From positions 1 to 64,000 of the forward strand of contig CAVYHE010000003.1 of the NCBI GenBank assembly GCA_963768305.1: 64,000 nt of DNA, given 5' to 3'. Source of the stretch: an uncultured bacterium (GTDB lineage Bacteria > Margulisbacteria > WOR-1 > CAVSGV01). A program made the position numbers and the translations under genes. Under the pieces are notes generated by a model that was given only the letters and a program-made list of their open reading frames with translations, was not told where the DNA came from and searched no databases. Numbering within the stretch: position 1 is the stretch's first letter; each line of letters opens with the position of its first letter. Below, in pieces: positions 35,788 through 45,822 of the stretch.

Positions 35788-36903
35788 ATGGCTAATGTTC
35801 AAATAAAGATACCTGAGTCCGTGGTGCAGAAATATCTTTCTGAAAAAGAAGGCGCGCCGGTCAAGATCCTGGAATATGAAAAGTTAGGGTCAGGATGGCA
35901 CGGGGTGGGATACAAAGTTAAATTCAAAATCCAAAGCTCAAAATCCAAAGGAAATCCAAATAATTTAATCAAAGAAGTGGTTTTAAGGACTCTCATGCCG
36001 GTGAATTTTGGGCATGACTGGTTATCAGATAGAGCCGGATCGTTCGTTCTCCAGCACCAGCTGGCGCAGGAGATACCGAACCACATTGGATCGTTCGATG
36101 TTTCGGGATATTCAAAGGGTGGTAAATTAGTTTCGCTCGGCGATATAAAGGAATTCTTCCATGTTGTAAAGGTTGCTAAAGGCGTTCCGTATTCCGATGA
36201 TCTTGACAGGATAAAGGGGACCGGAGAATTGAAGGACGGCGACCTGGAAAAAGCGCAGATCCTTTCGGATTACCTTGTCAGATTGCACGGCAAGAAGTTC
36301 AAGGGCTCCCGCGAAGAGCTTCGTTCTATAAGAAGACGTCATAACAGGGATGCCGTGGGCCACGGGGAAATGATGATGGGCGTCATAGACACATATCCCG
36401 ACAAATTCGATTTTGCCACAGGTGAGGAGCTGGCTGACCTTATATGCAGGACAGTGAAATTCAGGGAGAAGATCAAGGATATTCCGGTAGTTCCATGCAG
36501 GATGCACGGGGATTTTCATCCCGGGAACATCATGTTTGACGGGCGGAAGATGACGGTTCTGGATGCGTCACGGGAGATGTTCGGCGATCCCGCCGATGAC
36601 ATGACATCCATGGCGATCAATTACATATGGTTCGCCGTCATGCAGACGGGGAAATTCGACGGGCCTTTCGCAAAGCTGTTCGATGTTTTCTGGAAAAACT
36701 ACTTCAAGAAGACGGGTGACAGATTGATAGCAAAGACCGCGGGTGTTTTCTTCGCTTTCAGAGGCGTGGTCGTGGCGCATCCGTTCTTTTATTCCCGGCA
36801 AACTGACAGCGTGAGAAGGAAAATGATGCGTTTCGTTGAGAATGTCCTGGATGATAAAGTTTTTGATCCTGAAAAGATAGATCAATATCTGGGAGTGAGT
36901 TAA
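35788..36903 (+). CDS. Aminoglycoside-phosphotransferase-like kinase
   Basis: LGSGWHG Gly loop, HGDFHPGNI, LDASR..GDPADD. Confidence 0.8.
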   Translation: MANVQIKIPESVVQKYLSEKEGAPVKILEYEKLGSGWHGVGYKVKFKIQSSKSKGNPNNLIKEVVLRTLMPVNFGHDWLSDRAGSFVLQHQLAQEIPNHIGSFDVSGYSKGGKLVSLGDIKEFFHVVKVAKGVPYSDDLDRIKGTGELKDGDLEKAQILSDYLVRLHGKKFKGSREELRSIRRRHNRDAVGHGEMMMGVIDTYPDKFDFATGEELADLICRTVKFREKIKDIPVVPCRMHGDFHPGNIMFDGRKMTVLDASREMFGDPADDMTSMAINYIWFAVMQTGKFDGPFAKLFDVFWKNYFKKTGDRLIAKTAGVFFAFRGVVVAHPFFYSRQTDSVRRKMMRFVENVLDDKVFDPEKIDQYLGVS

Positions 36904-37457
36904 TGCCTTTCGCGATCTGGATAACCGGCCTGCCGGGAAGCGGAAAAAGCACGATAGCCAAAAAGTTGATGAAGGACCTGAAGAATACGGATTATCTGCG
37001 CCTGGATGAGATCAGGAAAAAATATATCAAAGACCCGAAATTTACCGATGAGGAAAGGGAAAAGATTTATGCGAAATTCGTGGACGAAGGCGTTTCAAGC
37101 ATTATAAAAGGTAAAAATGTCCTTTTTGACGCTACGGGGCATAAACTGGCATGGCGGCAGGATGCCAGAAAAAAGATCGAGAATTTCATTGAGGTCCGCG
37201 TTGATTGCTCGCTTCAGGGATGCATAAACAGGGAAACGGCGAGGACCGGCGGATTGGTGACCGCGAATTTATACAACAAATCGCTTGAAAGAAAAAAGAC
37301 GGGGAAACTTTTCGAAGGCGTGGGGCAGGTGGTCGGCGTGGACGTGCCTTATGAGGAGAACAAGAACGCCGAGATAGTTATCGATTCTGAAAAGCTTGGG
37401 CCGAAGGAGGCGGCGGGTAAAATTTTAAGTGAATTAAAAAAGAGAGGGTGGGTTTAA
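36903..37457 (+). CDS. Adenylyl-sulfate-kinase-like P-loop kinase
   Basis: WITGLPGSGKST, LDEIRK, DAT, GVDVPYEE. Confidence 0.8.
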   Translation: MPFAIWITGLPGSGKSTIAKKLMKDLKNTDYLRLDEIRKKYIKDPKFTDEEREKIYAKFVDEGVSSIIKGKNVLFDATGHKLAWRQDARKKIENFIEVRVDCSLQGCINRETARTGGLVTANLYNKSLERKKTGKLFEGVGQVVGVDVPYEENKNAEIVIDSEKLGPKEAAGKILSELKKRGWV

Positions 37458-37460
37458 AAA

Positions 37461-38162
37461 ATGTTCAATTTTGATGATTTCAGTCTGGTGGGGAGAGACC
37501 TTTTTATCCTGGGGCTTGTGGATCCGGTGAGCGGCAGCCTGAGTATGAGGAGCGACGGGAAAATTTATATCACGAAAAGGAACGCCATGCTTGCGCATCT
37601 GCGGCAGGAGGATATTATCCAGGTCCCTCTTGACGGGCCAAGCGAGAGTGACGAGCAGGCGGCGTGGGAAGTGCTTGTCCACCGGGCGGTCTATAAGGAA
37701 ACGAATTTCAACGCGATAGTCCATGCGTATCCGCCGTACGGGATAGCTTTATCGATAACTACCGAGAACAAGATAATCCCCGTCGACGGAAAAGGGCAGT
37801 CCGCATTGCGATCTATCCCCGTCGTGCGCGCAAAACCTGTGATCCCGGGAAGGGAAAAAACAACATCGGATGATATCATCAAATATCTTCCTCCTGTTTT
37901 TAAATCGGGATATTCAGCTGCGGTCGTTAAAGAATATGCCGGTTTTTCAGCCGGAGCAGATCTCATAGAAGCGTTCAAGAATATTGTGGCCATGGAGAAT
38001 TCGTGCAAGATAATCGCGATCAGCAGATCTTTGTCCGGCGGCGGCTCATCCGAGAGGAACAAGCGGCCGGAGCATCCCGTGAGAAGGACGGCCATTCCGC
38101 CGAGCATAGGGGTAATGGGAAGTTCCAGAGGGGGCAGGCGCGGCACCTTCGGCGGAAGATAA
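37461..38162 (+). CDS. Class II aldolase/adducin family protein
   Basis: SGSLSMR...ITKR, E..VHRAVY...AIVHAYPP. Confidence 0.8.
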   Translation: MFNFDDFSLVGRDLFILGLVDPVSGSLSMRSDGKIYITKRNAMLAHLRQEDIIQVPLDGPSESDEQAAWEVLVHRAVYKETNFNAIVHAYPPYGIALSITTENKIIPVDGKGQSALRSIPVVRAKPVIPGREKTTSDDIIKYLPPVFKSGYSAAVVKEYAGFSAGADLIEAFKNIVAMENSCKIIAISRSLSGGGSSERNKRPEHPVRRTAIPPSIGVMGSSRGGRRGTFGGR

Positions 38163-38177
38163 GATAAGGGGCATTGC

Positions 38178-40345
38178 GTGGTAGACACGGTAAATTTAAT
38201 ATCAAAGATCAGGAAATATAATCCTCAGGTAAATGTTTCCCTGATAGAAGATGCGTTCGAATACGCGAAAAAGCTCCATGAAGGCCAGACACGGCTTTCG
38301 GGCGAGCCGTATATAATCCATCCTCTCGCGGTCGCGGAAATATTAGCCGACCTCGAACAAGATCAGACCACCATTGCGGCAGCCCTTCTCCATGATGTGA
38401 TCGAGGACGGGAAGGTGACCAAAGAAGCTATCGAGAAAGAAATTCGGCAAAGATATCGCCTATCTTGTGGAAGGCGTGACAAAGCTTGGGCAAATAGTTT
38501 TTGAATCAAAAGAGGTCCGCCAGGCGGAAAATTTCAGGAAAATGCTCCTTGCGATGGGCGAGGATATCAGGGTAATTGTCATCAAATTGGCTGACCGCCT
38601 CCACAACATGCAGACACTTTCATATATTCCCGAAGAAAAGCAGATAGAGAATTCGATCGAAACAAGGGAAATATTCGCGCCGCTTGCGCACAGGATCGGG
38701 ATATGGAAGATCAAGTGGGAGCTGGAAGACCTTTCGTTCCGGTATCTTGAGCCGGAAAAATACGATGAGATAAGGGCGAAGGTGGGGAAGAGGCGTGCGG
38801 AGAGGGAAGAGCGCATAGCCGAGTTCATCGCGAAGGTGCAGGATATCGTTTCAAAGATGAACATAAAGGCGGAGATAAACGGCCGGCCGAAGCATTTTTA
38901 CAGCATTTACAGGAAGATGGTGGAGCAGAACCTTGAATTCGAGGACCTCTACGATCTTCTTGCCGTGAGGATAATCGTTGATTCGGTGAAGGACTGCTAC
39001 GCGGTCCTGGGGCTGATACACGCGGCGTGGCGTCCTATACCAGGGAGCTTCACGGATTACATAGCAATGCCGAAGCTGAACGGCTACCAGTCGCTTCATA
39101 CGACGGTGATCGGCGAGGGCGGATATCCGGTGGAAGTGCAGATAAGAACAAAGGAAATGCACCGTGTGGCGGAATACGGCGTCGCCGCGCATTGGAGATA
39201 CAAGGAAGGCGGCGGGCCGAATATCATGGACCAGAAAATGGCGTGGCTCCGCTCGATACTCGATTGGCAAAAAGACATGTCCAACGCGAAAGATTTCATG
39301 GAAAGTTTGAAGATAGATCTTTTTACTGACGAAGTTTTTGTTTTCACGCCGAAAGGCGCGGTCCATGCGCTTCCGATCTCATCCACCCCCGTGGATCTTG
39401 CGTACATGGTGCATACTGAGGTTGGCCATAGGTGTACAGGGGCAAGGGTTAACGGAAAGATAGTCCCATTGGATTACAAGCTTAAGAACGGCGATATAGT
39501 GGAGATCATAACCGGGAAAGTGGATAACCCGAGCATGGGGTGGCTTAATTTTGTAAAGACGTCGGCGGCGAGGACAAAGATCAAATCGCTGTTCAAGAAG
39601 CAGAAGCGCGAGGAAAATCTGGACAGGGGGCGGGCATCGCTGGATGAAGAGCTGCGAAAATTCGAACTTGAACCCTCTCAGGTATTAATATCGGAGATAA
39701 CCCCGTTACTTCTAAAGGAATTCAGCGTTCCAAATCTTGAAGAGCTTCTTATAGCAGATCGGCTATGGTGAGTTGTCGCCTTATGTGGTGGCGAAGAAGG
39801 CGCGGGGTTTATGGGAAAAGCATCACGGCGTTGCGCCTACGGAAGAGGAGATGATCCAGCCCACTCTTGCGCCTGCGCCGAAGAGGAAGGGAAAGAAGAA
39901 TATAGGGGTGCAGGTGGCGGGGGCGACGAATATACTCATCAAATTCTCAAAGTGCTGCAAGCCATTGCCGGGGGAGGAGATAGTTGGTTTTGTGACGAAA
40001 GGGAAGGGAGTGACGGTGCACAAAGCTGATTGTCCGAATGTGGTGCAGAGTGCTGAAACTAAGGGAAAATTCGTAAAAGTGGAGTGGATGCCGGGGCCGG
40101 AGCAGGTATTTCCGGTGGAGATAGAGATCGAAGCTTTCGACAGGGTAGGGGTTCTTCATGATATTCTTGAAAAGATAGCGGAGACGAAGACGAATGTCGG
40201 GGCGGCGAATATAAAGACGAAGCGGGGCAGCGTGGCGGTCCTGAAGATGATTGTGGATGTCCGCGACTCCTCACATCTGTCAAATGTGATTAAAATGATC
40301 AAATCCGTATCGGATGTATATAATGTGGGAAGAAAAACCAGTTAA
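38178..40345 (+). CDS. relA: Bifunctional (p)ppGpp synthetase/hydrolase (frameshifts near 38440 and 39765)
   Basis: HEGQTRLSGEPYIIHP, LLHDVIED, KLADRLHNM, GRPKHFYSI, NGYQSLHTT, TGS and ACT domains. Confidence 0.95.
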
Positions 40346-40346
40346 C

Positions 40347-40378
40347 CTTTAAATCCTCTAGCTCTTCTAGCTCTTCTT
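40347..40378 (-). repeat. Dispersed 9-mer repeat element, copy B
   Basis: Reverse complement AAGAAGAGCTAGAAGAGCTAGAGGATTTAAAG. Confidence 0.65.
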
Positions 40379-40416
40379 TCCTGATTTTGCTATAATACCC
40401 CCAATGGTGGTGAACA

Positions 40417-41130
40417 TTGGACAATATATCAAAACGACTCCTCTCGGGCGCCGCGAAGAGCGGAAGAGTGTCAAATGCGTACTTATTCGCAGGCGCTGAT
40501 ACCGGGGAACTGCTTGAAGAAGCAAAACTTTTTGCAAAAGAGCTGAACTGCTCTCCACACGACCTCCTTACCCTTTCGCATGACGGCAAAAGCATAAAAA
40601 TTGACGAGATCCGGCAAATAACCGATTTCGTCAGATTCGGCCCTATCGGAGAAGGATGGAAGGTCATCATTATCCATGGCGCTGACAAAATGACCGAGGA
40701 AGCATCGAACAGCTTCCTGAAAACCCTGGAAGAACCGCTGGAGCGCATCGTGTTCATCCTCACCACGGACAGGGAAAGCAAAATTCTTAAGACCATTTCT
40801 TCCCGCTGCCAGAAGGTCTTATGGTACGCGGAAAAACCGGTAAATGATCCTGCTATCGACGAACTTACCGACAGGATATTGAATATCAATAAGCTTAGCA
40901 TCCCTCAGGCAATGGCATTGTCAGATGAGTTAAGCATAGAGCCGGACCTTGCGGAAAAATTAAATTCCGTGCTCTATTCATATCAGAAAAAAACCGGGTC
41001 TTCGTCCGGAGAAAGACTTTTAATGTCCAAAGAGATATTCAAGGCATTAAGAGGATTGGAGAGGAACGCGAACAAGCGGCTTGCGCTGGATTCCATGTTC
41101 CTTTCACTTAAGGAGGCGGGCGGCAATTAA
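40417..41130 (+). CDS. holB: DNA polymerase III delta' subunit
   Basis: AYLFAG, IKIDEIR, ADKMTEEASNSFLKTLEEP, TISSRCQ. Confidence 0.88.
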   Translation: MDNISKRLLSGAAKSGRVSNAYLFAGADTGELLEEAKLFAKELNCSPHDLLTLSHDGKSIKIDEIRQITDFVRFGPIGEGWKVIIIHGADKMTEEASNSFLKTLEEPLERIVFILTTDRESKILKTISSRCQKVLWYAEKPVNDPAIDELTDRILNINKLSIPQAMALSDELSIEPDLAEKLNSVLYSYQKKTGSSSGERLLMSKEIFKALRGLERNANKRLALDSMFLSLKEAGGN

Positions 41131-41821
41131 GAACCTGGCTATAAAATTACGGAAGTTCGGGCAGATATGCCCTATTACCGGCTATAAAGAAGAGAACATA
41201 AAGCTTGGCGCGCGGGTAATAGTTGAGACCGATCGCGGAATGGAAGCTGGCCAGATCGTTTCTTTTGAAAAAGGATTTCCGAAAGATATGCCGCGCGATG
41301 TAAGATTAAGAAAGGTCATAAGATACGCGGGTGCGGATGACCTGCGGCACATAGAATCACTTGATGAAAAAGAAAAGAACGCGATGAAAACAGGCATGCA
41401 GAAAGCAAAAGAGCATGAACTGCCGATCAAATTGATCAATGTCGAATATCTTTTTGACGACACGAAAGTGCATTTTTATTACAAGCTGGTGGGGCAGAAA
41501 AAAGGTCTGAACCTTAAGGATTTTACGAAAGACCTGGCAACAATGCTTGGCGCGAAGATAGACATGCACCTTGTAAGTCCCCGCGATGAAGCGAAGATAA
41601 TCGGCGGACTGGGCCCTTGCGGACGGAACCTTTGCTGCGCCGCATGGCTGGACAAGCCGAGGCATGTTTCAGTGAAAGCGCTCAGGGAAAAAGGAATGTC
41701 CGTCAATCCGTCCAAGACATCAGGCATTTGCGGGAGATTAATGTGCTGTTTGCAATATGAGACCGAAGAAAAGGAAGAGAAGAAAGAAGACCCGCCATTC
41801 GGCGGGCAGGTAAAGAAATGA
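41081..41821 (+). CDS. ricT: PSP1-domain protein RicT/YaaT (true start probably near 41120)
   Basis: VIVETDRG, RDEAKIIGGLGPCGRNLCC, SGICGRLMCCLQYE. Confidence 0.9.
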   Translation: MRWIPCSFHLRRRAAIKNLAIKLRKFGQICPITGYKEENIKLGARVIVETDRGMEAGQIVSFEKGFPKDMPRDVRLRKVIRYAGADDLRHIESLDEKEKNAMKTGMQKAKEHELPIKLINVEYLFDDTKVHFYYKLVGQKKGLNLKDFTKDLATMLGAKIDMHLVSPRDEAKIIGGLGPCGRNLCCAAWLDKPRHVSVKALREKGMSVNPSKTSGICGRLMCCLQYETEEKEEKKEDPPFGGQVKK

Positions 41822-42147
41822 GCTGTATTTTCTGTGGAATCGCGAAGAAAGAGATAAAGAGCTCCGTAGTCCATGAAACGAAGGATGTTTTCGCGTTCGA
41901 TGACATAAACCCGCAGGCTCCGGTGCATGTGGTCGTGATACCGAAGGAGCATATACTGGGCATCACAAAGCTTGACGGCGTTTTGCCGGAGATATTCGAA
42001 GTGATCGCGAAAGTATCAGAGATCAAGGAGATCAAAAACAGCGGTTTCAGGGTGGTAATGAATAATGGTCCGGACTCGGGACAGGCCGTGCCGCATTTGC
42101 ATTTTCATGTCCTGGGAGGCAGAAAGCTAGATTGGCCTCCGGGATGA
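41818..42147 (+). CDS. hinT: Histidine triad nucleotide-binding protein
   Basis: CIFC, DINPQAPVH, GQAVPHLHFHVLGGR. Confidence 0.93.
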   Translation: MSCIFCGIAKKEIKSSVVHETKDVFAFDDINPQAPVHVVVIPKEHILGITKLDGVLPEIFEVIAKVSEIKEIKNSGFRVVMNNGPDSGQAVPHLHFHVLGGRKLDWPPG

Positions 42148-42167
42148 TCATGAGAGGAGGGTAAAAC

Positions 42168-42362
42168 ATGGCAGAAGTAAATTTAAAAAAGGAAGACTCG
42201 CTGGAAAAAGCGCTCCGCAAGTTCAAGATGAAACTCAGAAAAGAAGGCGTTTTTGACGAGATGAAGAAAAGGGAGCATTACGAGAAGCCGAGCGAACAAA
42301 GAAGGCATGACATGGAGAAGGCGAAAAGGAAAGAGAACAGGAGACGACAGGAAGATCTGTGA
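42168..42362 (+). CDS. rpsU: 30S ribosomal protein S21
   Basis: SLEKALRKFK...REHYEKPS. Confidence 0.93.
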   Translation: MAEVNLKKEDSLEKALRKFKMKLRKEGVFDEMKKREHYEKPSEQRRHDMEKAKRKENRRRQEDL

Positions 42363-43438
42363 AGATCCTGGACAGGTATATGTTTTTTGAACTGGTGCCG
42401 CCGTTCCTTTTGGGCATAGCCGGTTTCATATTGATAATGATAACGGACCTCCTTTTCACTTATACGGACCTGATAATTAACAAGGGAGTTCCGCTCCTGG
42501 TGATATTGCGGCTGCTCATTTTTAAGTTGCCGGCTATAATGGTGCTCACGTTCCCGGTGGCGACGGTTTTTGCGGTATCCATGGTCTTTTCTTCCATGTC
42601 CAAGGGAAATGAAATGACCGCGCTCAGGACCAGCGGCATAAGCCTGCTCAGGATAAGCGCGCCGGTCATTTTAATAGCGGCGGGAATAAGTTTCCTGTCA
42701 TATTTTACGAACGAATATCTCGTCCCGTGGTCCAACCATACATCGGAAAATATCATAAGAGAGATGTTCCTGCGGCAGCCGCTGCCGGAAATAAAGGAGA
42801 ACGTTTTTTTCCGCGATTCCAGCAACAGGTATTTTTTCGTAAGGAAAGTGGACCAGAAAACGAATAAACTGGAGGACCTCATGATATATGAGATGGGGGA
42901 GGGAAGGTTCCCCCGCGTCATCATCGCAAAGTCCGCCGCATATGACGGAAAGACCTGGCTGCTCGCGGACGGTTTTGTTCACAGATACGATGACGCCACG
43001 GGAAAATTATCATACGAAGCCAATTTCTCCCAGATGCAGCTTCTGGTAAATGAGAATATCACCGATTTCACGGACCAGAAAACGACTTATGAAATGAACA
43101 GCAAAGAGCTCTCAAGCCTTGTTTCCATGCTGAAAAAAGGCGGGCTGGACGCGAAGGTCCTTCTTACCGACCTTTATATGAAAATATCCATTCCTGCCAC
43201 CTGCCTGGTGTTTGCCCTGCTTGGCATACCGTTCAGCCTTCCAGCTGCCCGCTCCGGCAGGGCTTTCGGGCTGGTTTTCTGCGTCGCTCTTATATTTACT
43301 TTTTATGTTGCTGCTTCCGTGTCCAGGTCGCTGGGACACGGAGGAATTCTGGATCCTTTCCTTGCCGCGTGGCTGCCGAACGTGTTCTTCGGCATTCTTG
43401 CAGCAGCTTTGATAATAAAGGAAAATTGCTTCGTCTGA
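42359..43438 (+). CDS. LptF/LptG family permease
   Basis: MKILDRYM..ELVPPF, NEMTALRTSGISL, AAWLPN. Confidence 0.9.
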   Translation: MKILDRYMFFELVPPFLLGIAGFILIMITDLLFTYTDLIINKGVPLLVILRLLIFKLPAIMVLTFPVATVFAVSMVFSSMSKGNEMTALRTSGISLLRISAPVILIAAGISFLSYFTNEYLVPWSNHTSENIIREMFLRQPLPEIKENVFFRDSSNRYFFVRKVDQKTNKLEDLMIYEMGEGRFPRVIIAKSAAYDGKTWLLADGFVHRYDDATGKLSYEANFSQMQLLVNENITDFTDQKTTYEMNSKELSSLVSMLKKGGLDAKVLLTDLYMKISIPATCLVFALLGIPFSLPAARSGRAFGLVFCVALIFTFYVAASVSRSLGHGGILDPFLAAWLPNVFFGILAAALIIKENCFV

Positions 43439-45819
43439 TGAAAACATCCCGGGAAGATATGAAAAAAGACATGAAGGGATCAGGGTCGGATCCGCAGTAC
43501 ACAATGGAGCTTGGCCTGAGGCATCTTCAGGACGGCGACTTCAAGGAAGCAAGAAAAAAATTCAGGCTGGCTCTTCTTTTCAATCCCCGGCTCGCATCCA
43601 AAGTCGCTCTCATGTATGAGCACATGCTGGACAAAGATCCGGATAATATCAACGCGCGGCTTTCCCTCGCCGATCTTCATTTGTTTCTCGGAGAGGTGGA
43701 CGGCGCCATAAGCGAGCTTCAGGAAATACTGGACATAGCGCCTGAGAGGACCGATGTTTACAATATCCTTGGCAAGCTTTTCATCAAGCAGGGGGACAGG
43801 GACAGCGCAATAGATGTCATTGAGGCGGCTTTCAGGGCGAACGTGAAAGATACCGGTCTGACCGAAATGCTGGCCGGCGCCTATATTGAAAAGAACAGGA
43901 TAGATGATGCGATCCTCCTTTACACGGGCCTTGTCGCCATCGAGCCCGACAATAAAAATTACCTGCGCGTACTGGGCGAGCTTCAGGCAAGGGTGGATCA
44001 CCTTGATGAGGCGGCAAAAAGTTTTTATTCCATGATAAATTCGGACTCAACGTTCGTTCCGGAGGTCATGTACAAGCTGGAGGGGCTGAAAAATAAAGAT
44101 CCCGGGAACATTGCTGTAAAGGAAATGCTCGCGGACGTTTACCTGAAAACCGTCAAGCCGGCTTCCGCGGTGGCCGAGCTGGAAGATGTCCTGGCAATGG
44201 ATCCGAAGTCCGTGGACAGGATCATCTCCAAGTTAAGATCAGCGCTTGGCAAATATCCGGACGAGCCGGCCGCGCTGAAGGCATTGGGACGAGCGCTAAC
44301 ATTGAAGGGAGATTTCAGCGAAGCCGTGGACGAATACAGGAGGCTCATGAACCGCGACGCCGGCAGAATAGATGAGGCAATTTCCGGACTTAAGGATATA
44401 CTGGCAAAATTCCCCGGCCAGGCGCACGCGCATGATAGCTTAAGCGAAGCATATCTTCGCACGGGGAGGACGGAAGAAGCTCTTCATGAATATCTTGAAC
44501 TGCTAAGGCTGAACCCGCTCTCCGCGAAGACCGTTATCGAGAAGGTCCATAAGATCGTAAATGAGTCGGCGAACAATATACTTGCGCGCCAGGTCCTCGG
44601 TCAGGCTTATATCCTTGCAGGTGAAGGAAAACCAGCCATAGAAGAAGCGGAATACATGATCTACCTGGACAAGAATTATGCTCCGGCTTATCAGATACTG
44701 GGAGAAGCTTACCTGATGACCGGGAATTTCCTCAGATCCCAGAGCGCGTTCATATCGTCAATAAACCTGGACCCGTACAATATCCTGCTCCATAAAAGAT
44801 ATGAGGAATCTTCCAGGGCACTGTTGAAAGAGGAGCTTGAAAGGCTGCAAAAGAGGATAGATGAAGATCCGTGGAGGCTGGGAGCACATCTGGACATTTC
44901 CAAAGCATATTTGATGCTGAGGGACTTTGACAACGGCATAAAGGAGCTTCAGATCGCCGTGAAGGATTCCGCCAGAGCGCCGTTCGCATACAATCTTCTG
45001 GGGCAGACTTTCATGGAATCCGGAAGGTTCGATCTGGCAGCCATGCAGTTCGAGCGCGCGCTTGAGGTGGTCCCGGACGAGCTGAGCGATGTTGCAAAAA
45101 CGATAAGGTTCAATCTTGGCTCATCCAACGAGGCAGCGGGGAATATCAATGCCGCGCTGGCTGAATACGAAAAATTATATGCCGAAGACATGGAATTCCC
45201 CGGTCTTGGATCAAGGATAAAGGGGCTTTCGGGCCTTACCGCCGAATCCCAGAGAAATAAAATGATCTCGGCCGTGCTTGAGAGGTACGGAGGGAACGAT
45301 ATCATCGGCGCGTGGGGCCACGATGCCAGACGGGGAGAGCACGGGGACCCGCTCAATATATCCTTCGGGCAGGAGCATAATGACGCCGGTTTTGACGATT
45401 TCATAAAAGCAAGGTACAAGAACGCAGCGGATGAATTCGAGCTCGCGGTCCAGCTGGACCCCAATTTCACGGCCGCTCTGAACAATCTTGCCGTCATGTT
45501 CATGAGGGAAAAACACTTTGAACAGGCTGAGACGCGGCTCCAGTATGTGTTGTCCATGGATCCCGGGAGCGCCGTAGCGCGCAATAACATGGGCGTTTGC
45601 CATTTTCTCCGCGGTCAGATAGAACCGGCGGTAACGGAATTCAACAAGGCAATAGAGCGCGACCACGGCCTTTCTGCGGCATACATAAATCTCGGTGACA
45701 TAATGTATTCGAAAGGGCTTGCGAAGAACGCTATCGCGCTTTGGGAAAAGGTAAAAACTGGGGATCCGTTGTCTCCCGTTGCTTCGCGCCGGTTGTCTTA
45801 CAAGACCGTCAAAACCTGA
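43438..45819 (+). CDS. Tetratricopeptide repeat protein
   Basis: Many TPR units, e.g. AYNLLG, ALNNLAV, ARNNMG, AYINLG. Confidence 0.88.
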   Translation: MKTSREDMKKDMKGSGSDPQYTMELGLRHLQDGDFKEARKKFRLALLFNPRLASKVALMYEHMLDKDPDNINARLSLADLHLFLGEVDGAISELQEILDIAPERTDVYNILGKLFIKQGDRDSAIDVIEAAFRANVKDTGLTEMLAGAYIEKNRIDDAILLYTGLVAIEPDNKNYLRVLGELQARVDHLDEAAKSFYSMINSDSTFVPEVMYKLEGLKNKDPGNIAVKEMLADVYLKTVKPASAVAELEDVLAMDPKSVDRIISKLRSALGKYPDEPAALKALGRALTLKGDFSEAVDEYRRLMNRDAGRIDEAISGLKDILAKFPGQAHAHDSLSEAYLRTGRTEEALHEYLELLRLNPLSAKTVIEKVHKIVNESANNILARQVLGQAYILAGEGKPAIEEAEYMIYLDKNYAPAYQILGEAYLMTGNFLRSQSAFISSINLDPYNILLHKRYEESSRALLKEELERLQKRIDEDPWRLGAHLDISKAYLMLRDFDNGIKELQIAVKDSARAPFAYNLLGQTFMESGRFDLAAMQFERALEVVPDELSDVAKTIRFNLGSSNEAAGNINAALAEYEKLYAEDMEFPGLGSRIKGLSGLTAESQRNKMISAVLERYGGNDIIGAWGHDARRGEHGDPLNISFGQEHNDAGFDDFIKARYKNAADEFELAVQLDPNFTAALNNLAVMFMREKHFEQAETRLQYVLSMDPGSAVARNNMGVCHFLRGQIEPAVTEFNKAIERDHGLSAAYINLGDIMYSKGLAKNAIALWEKVKTGDPLSPVASRRLSYKTVKT

Positions 45820-45822
45820 GCC

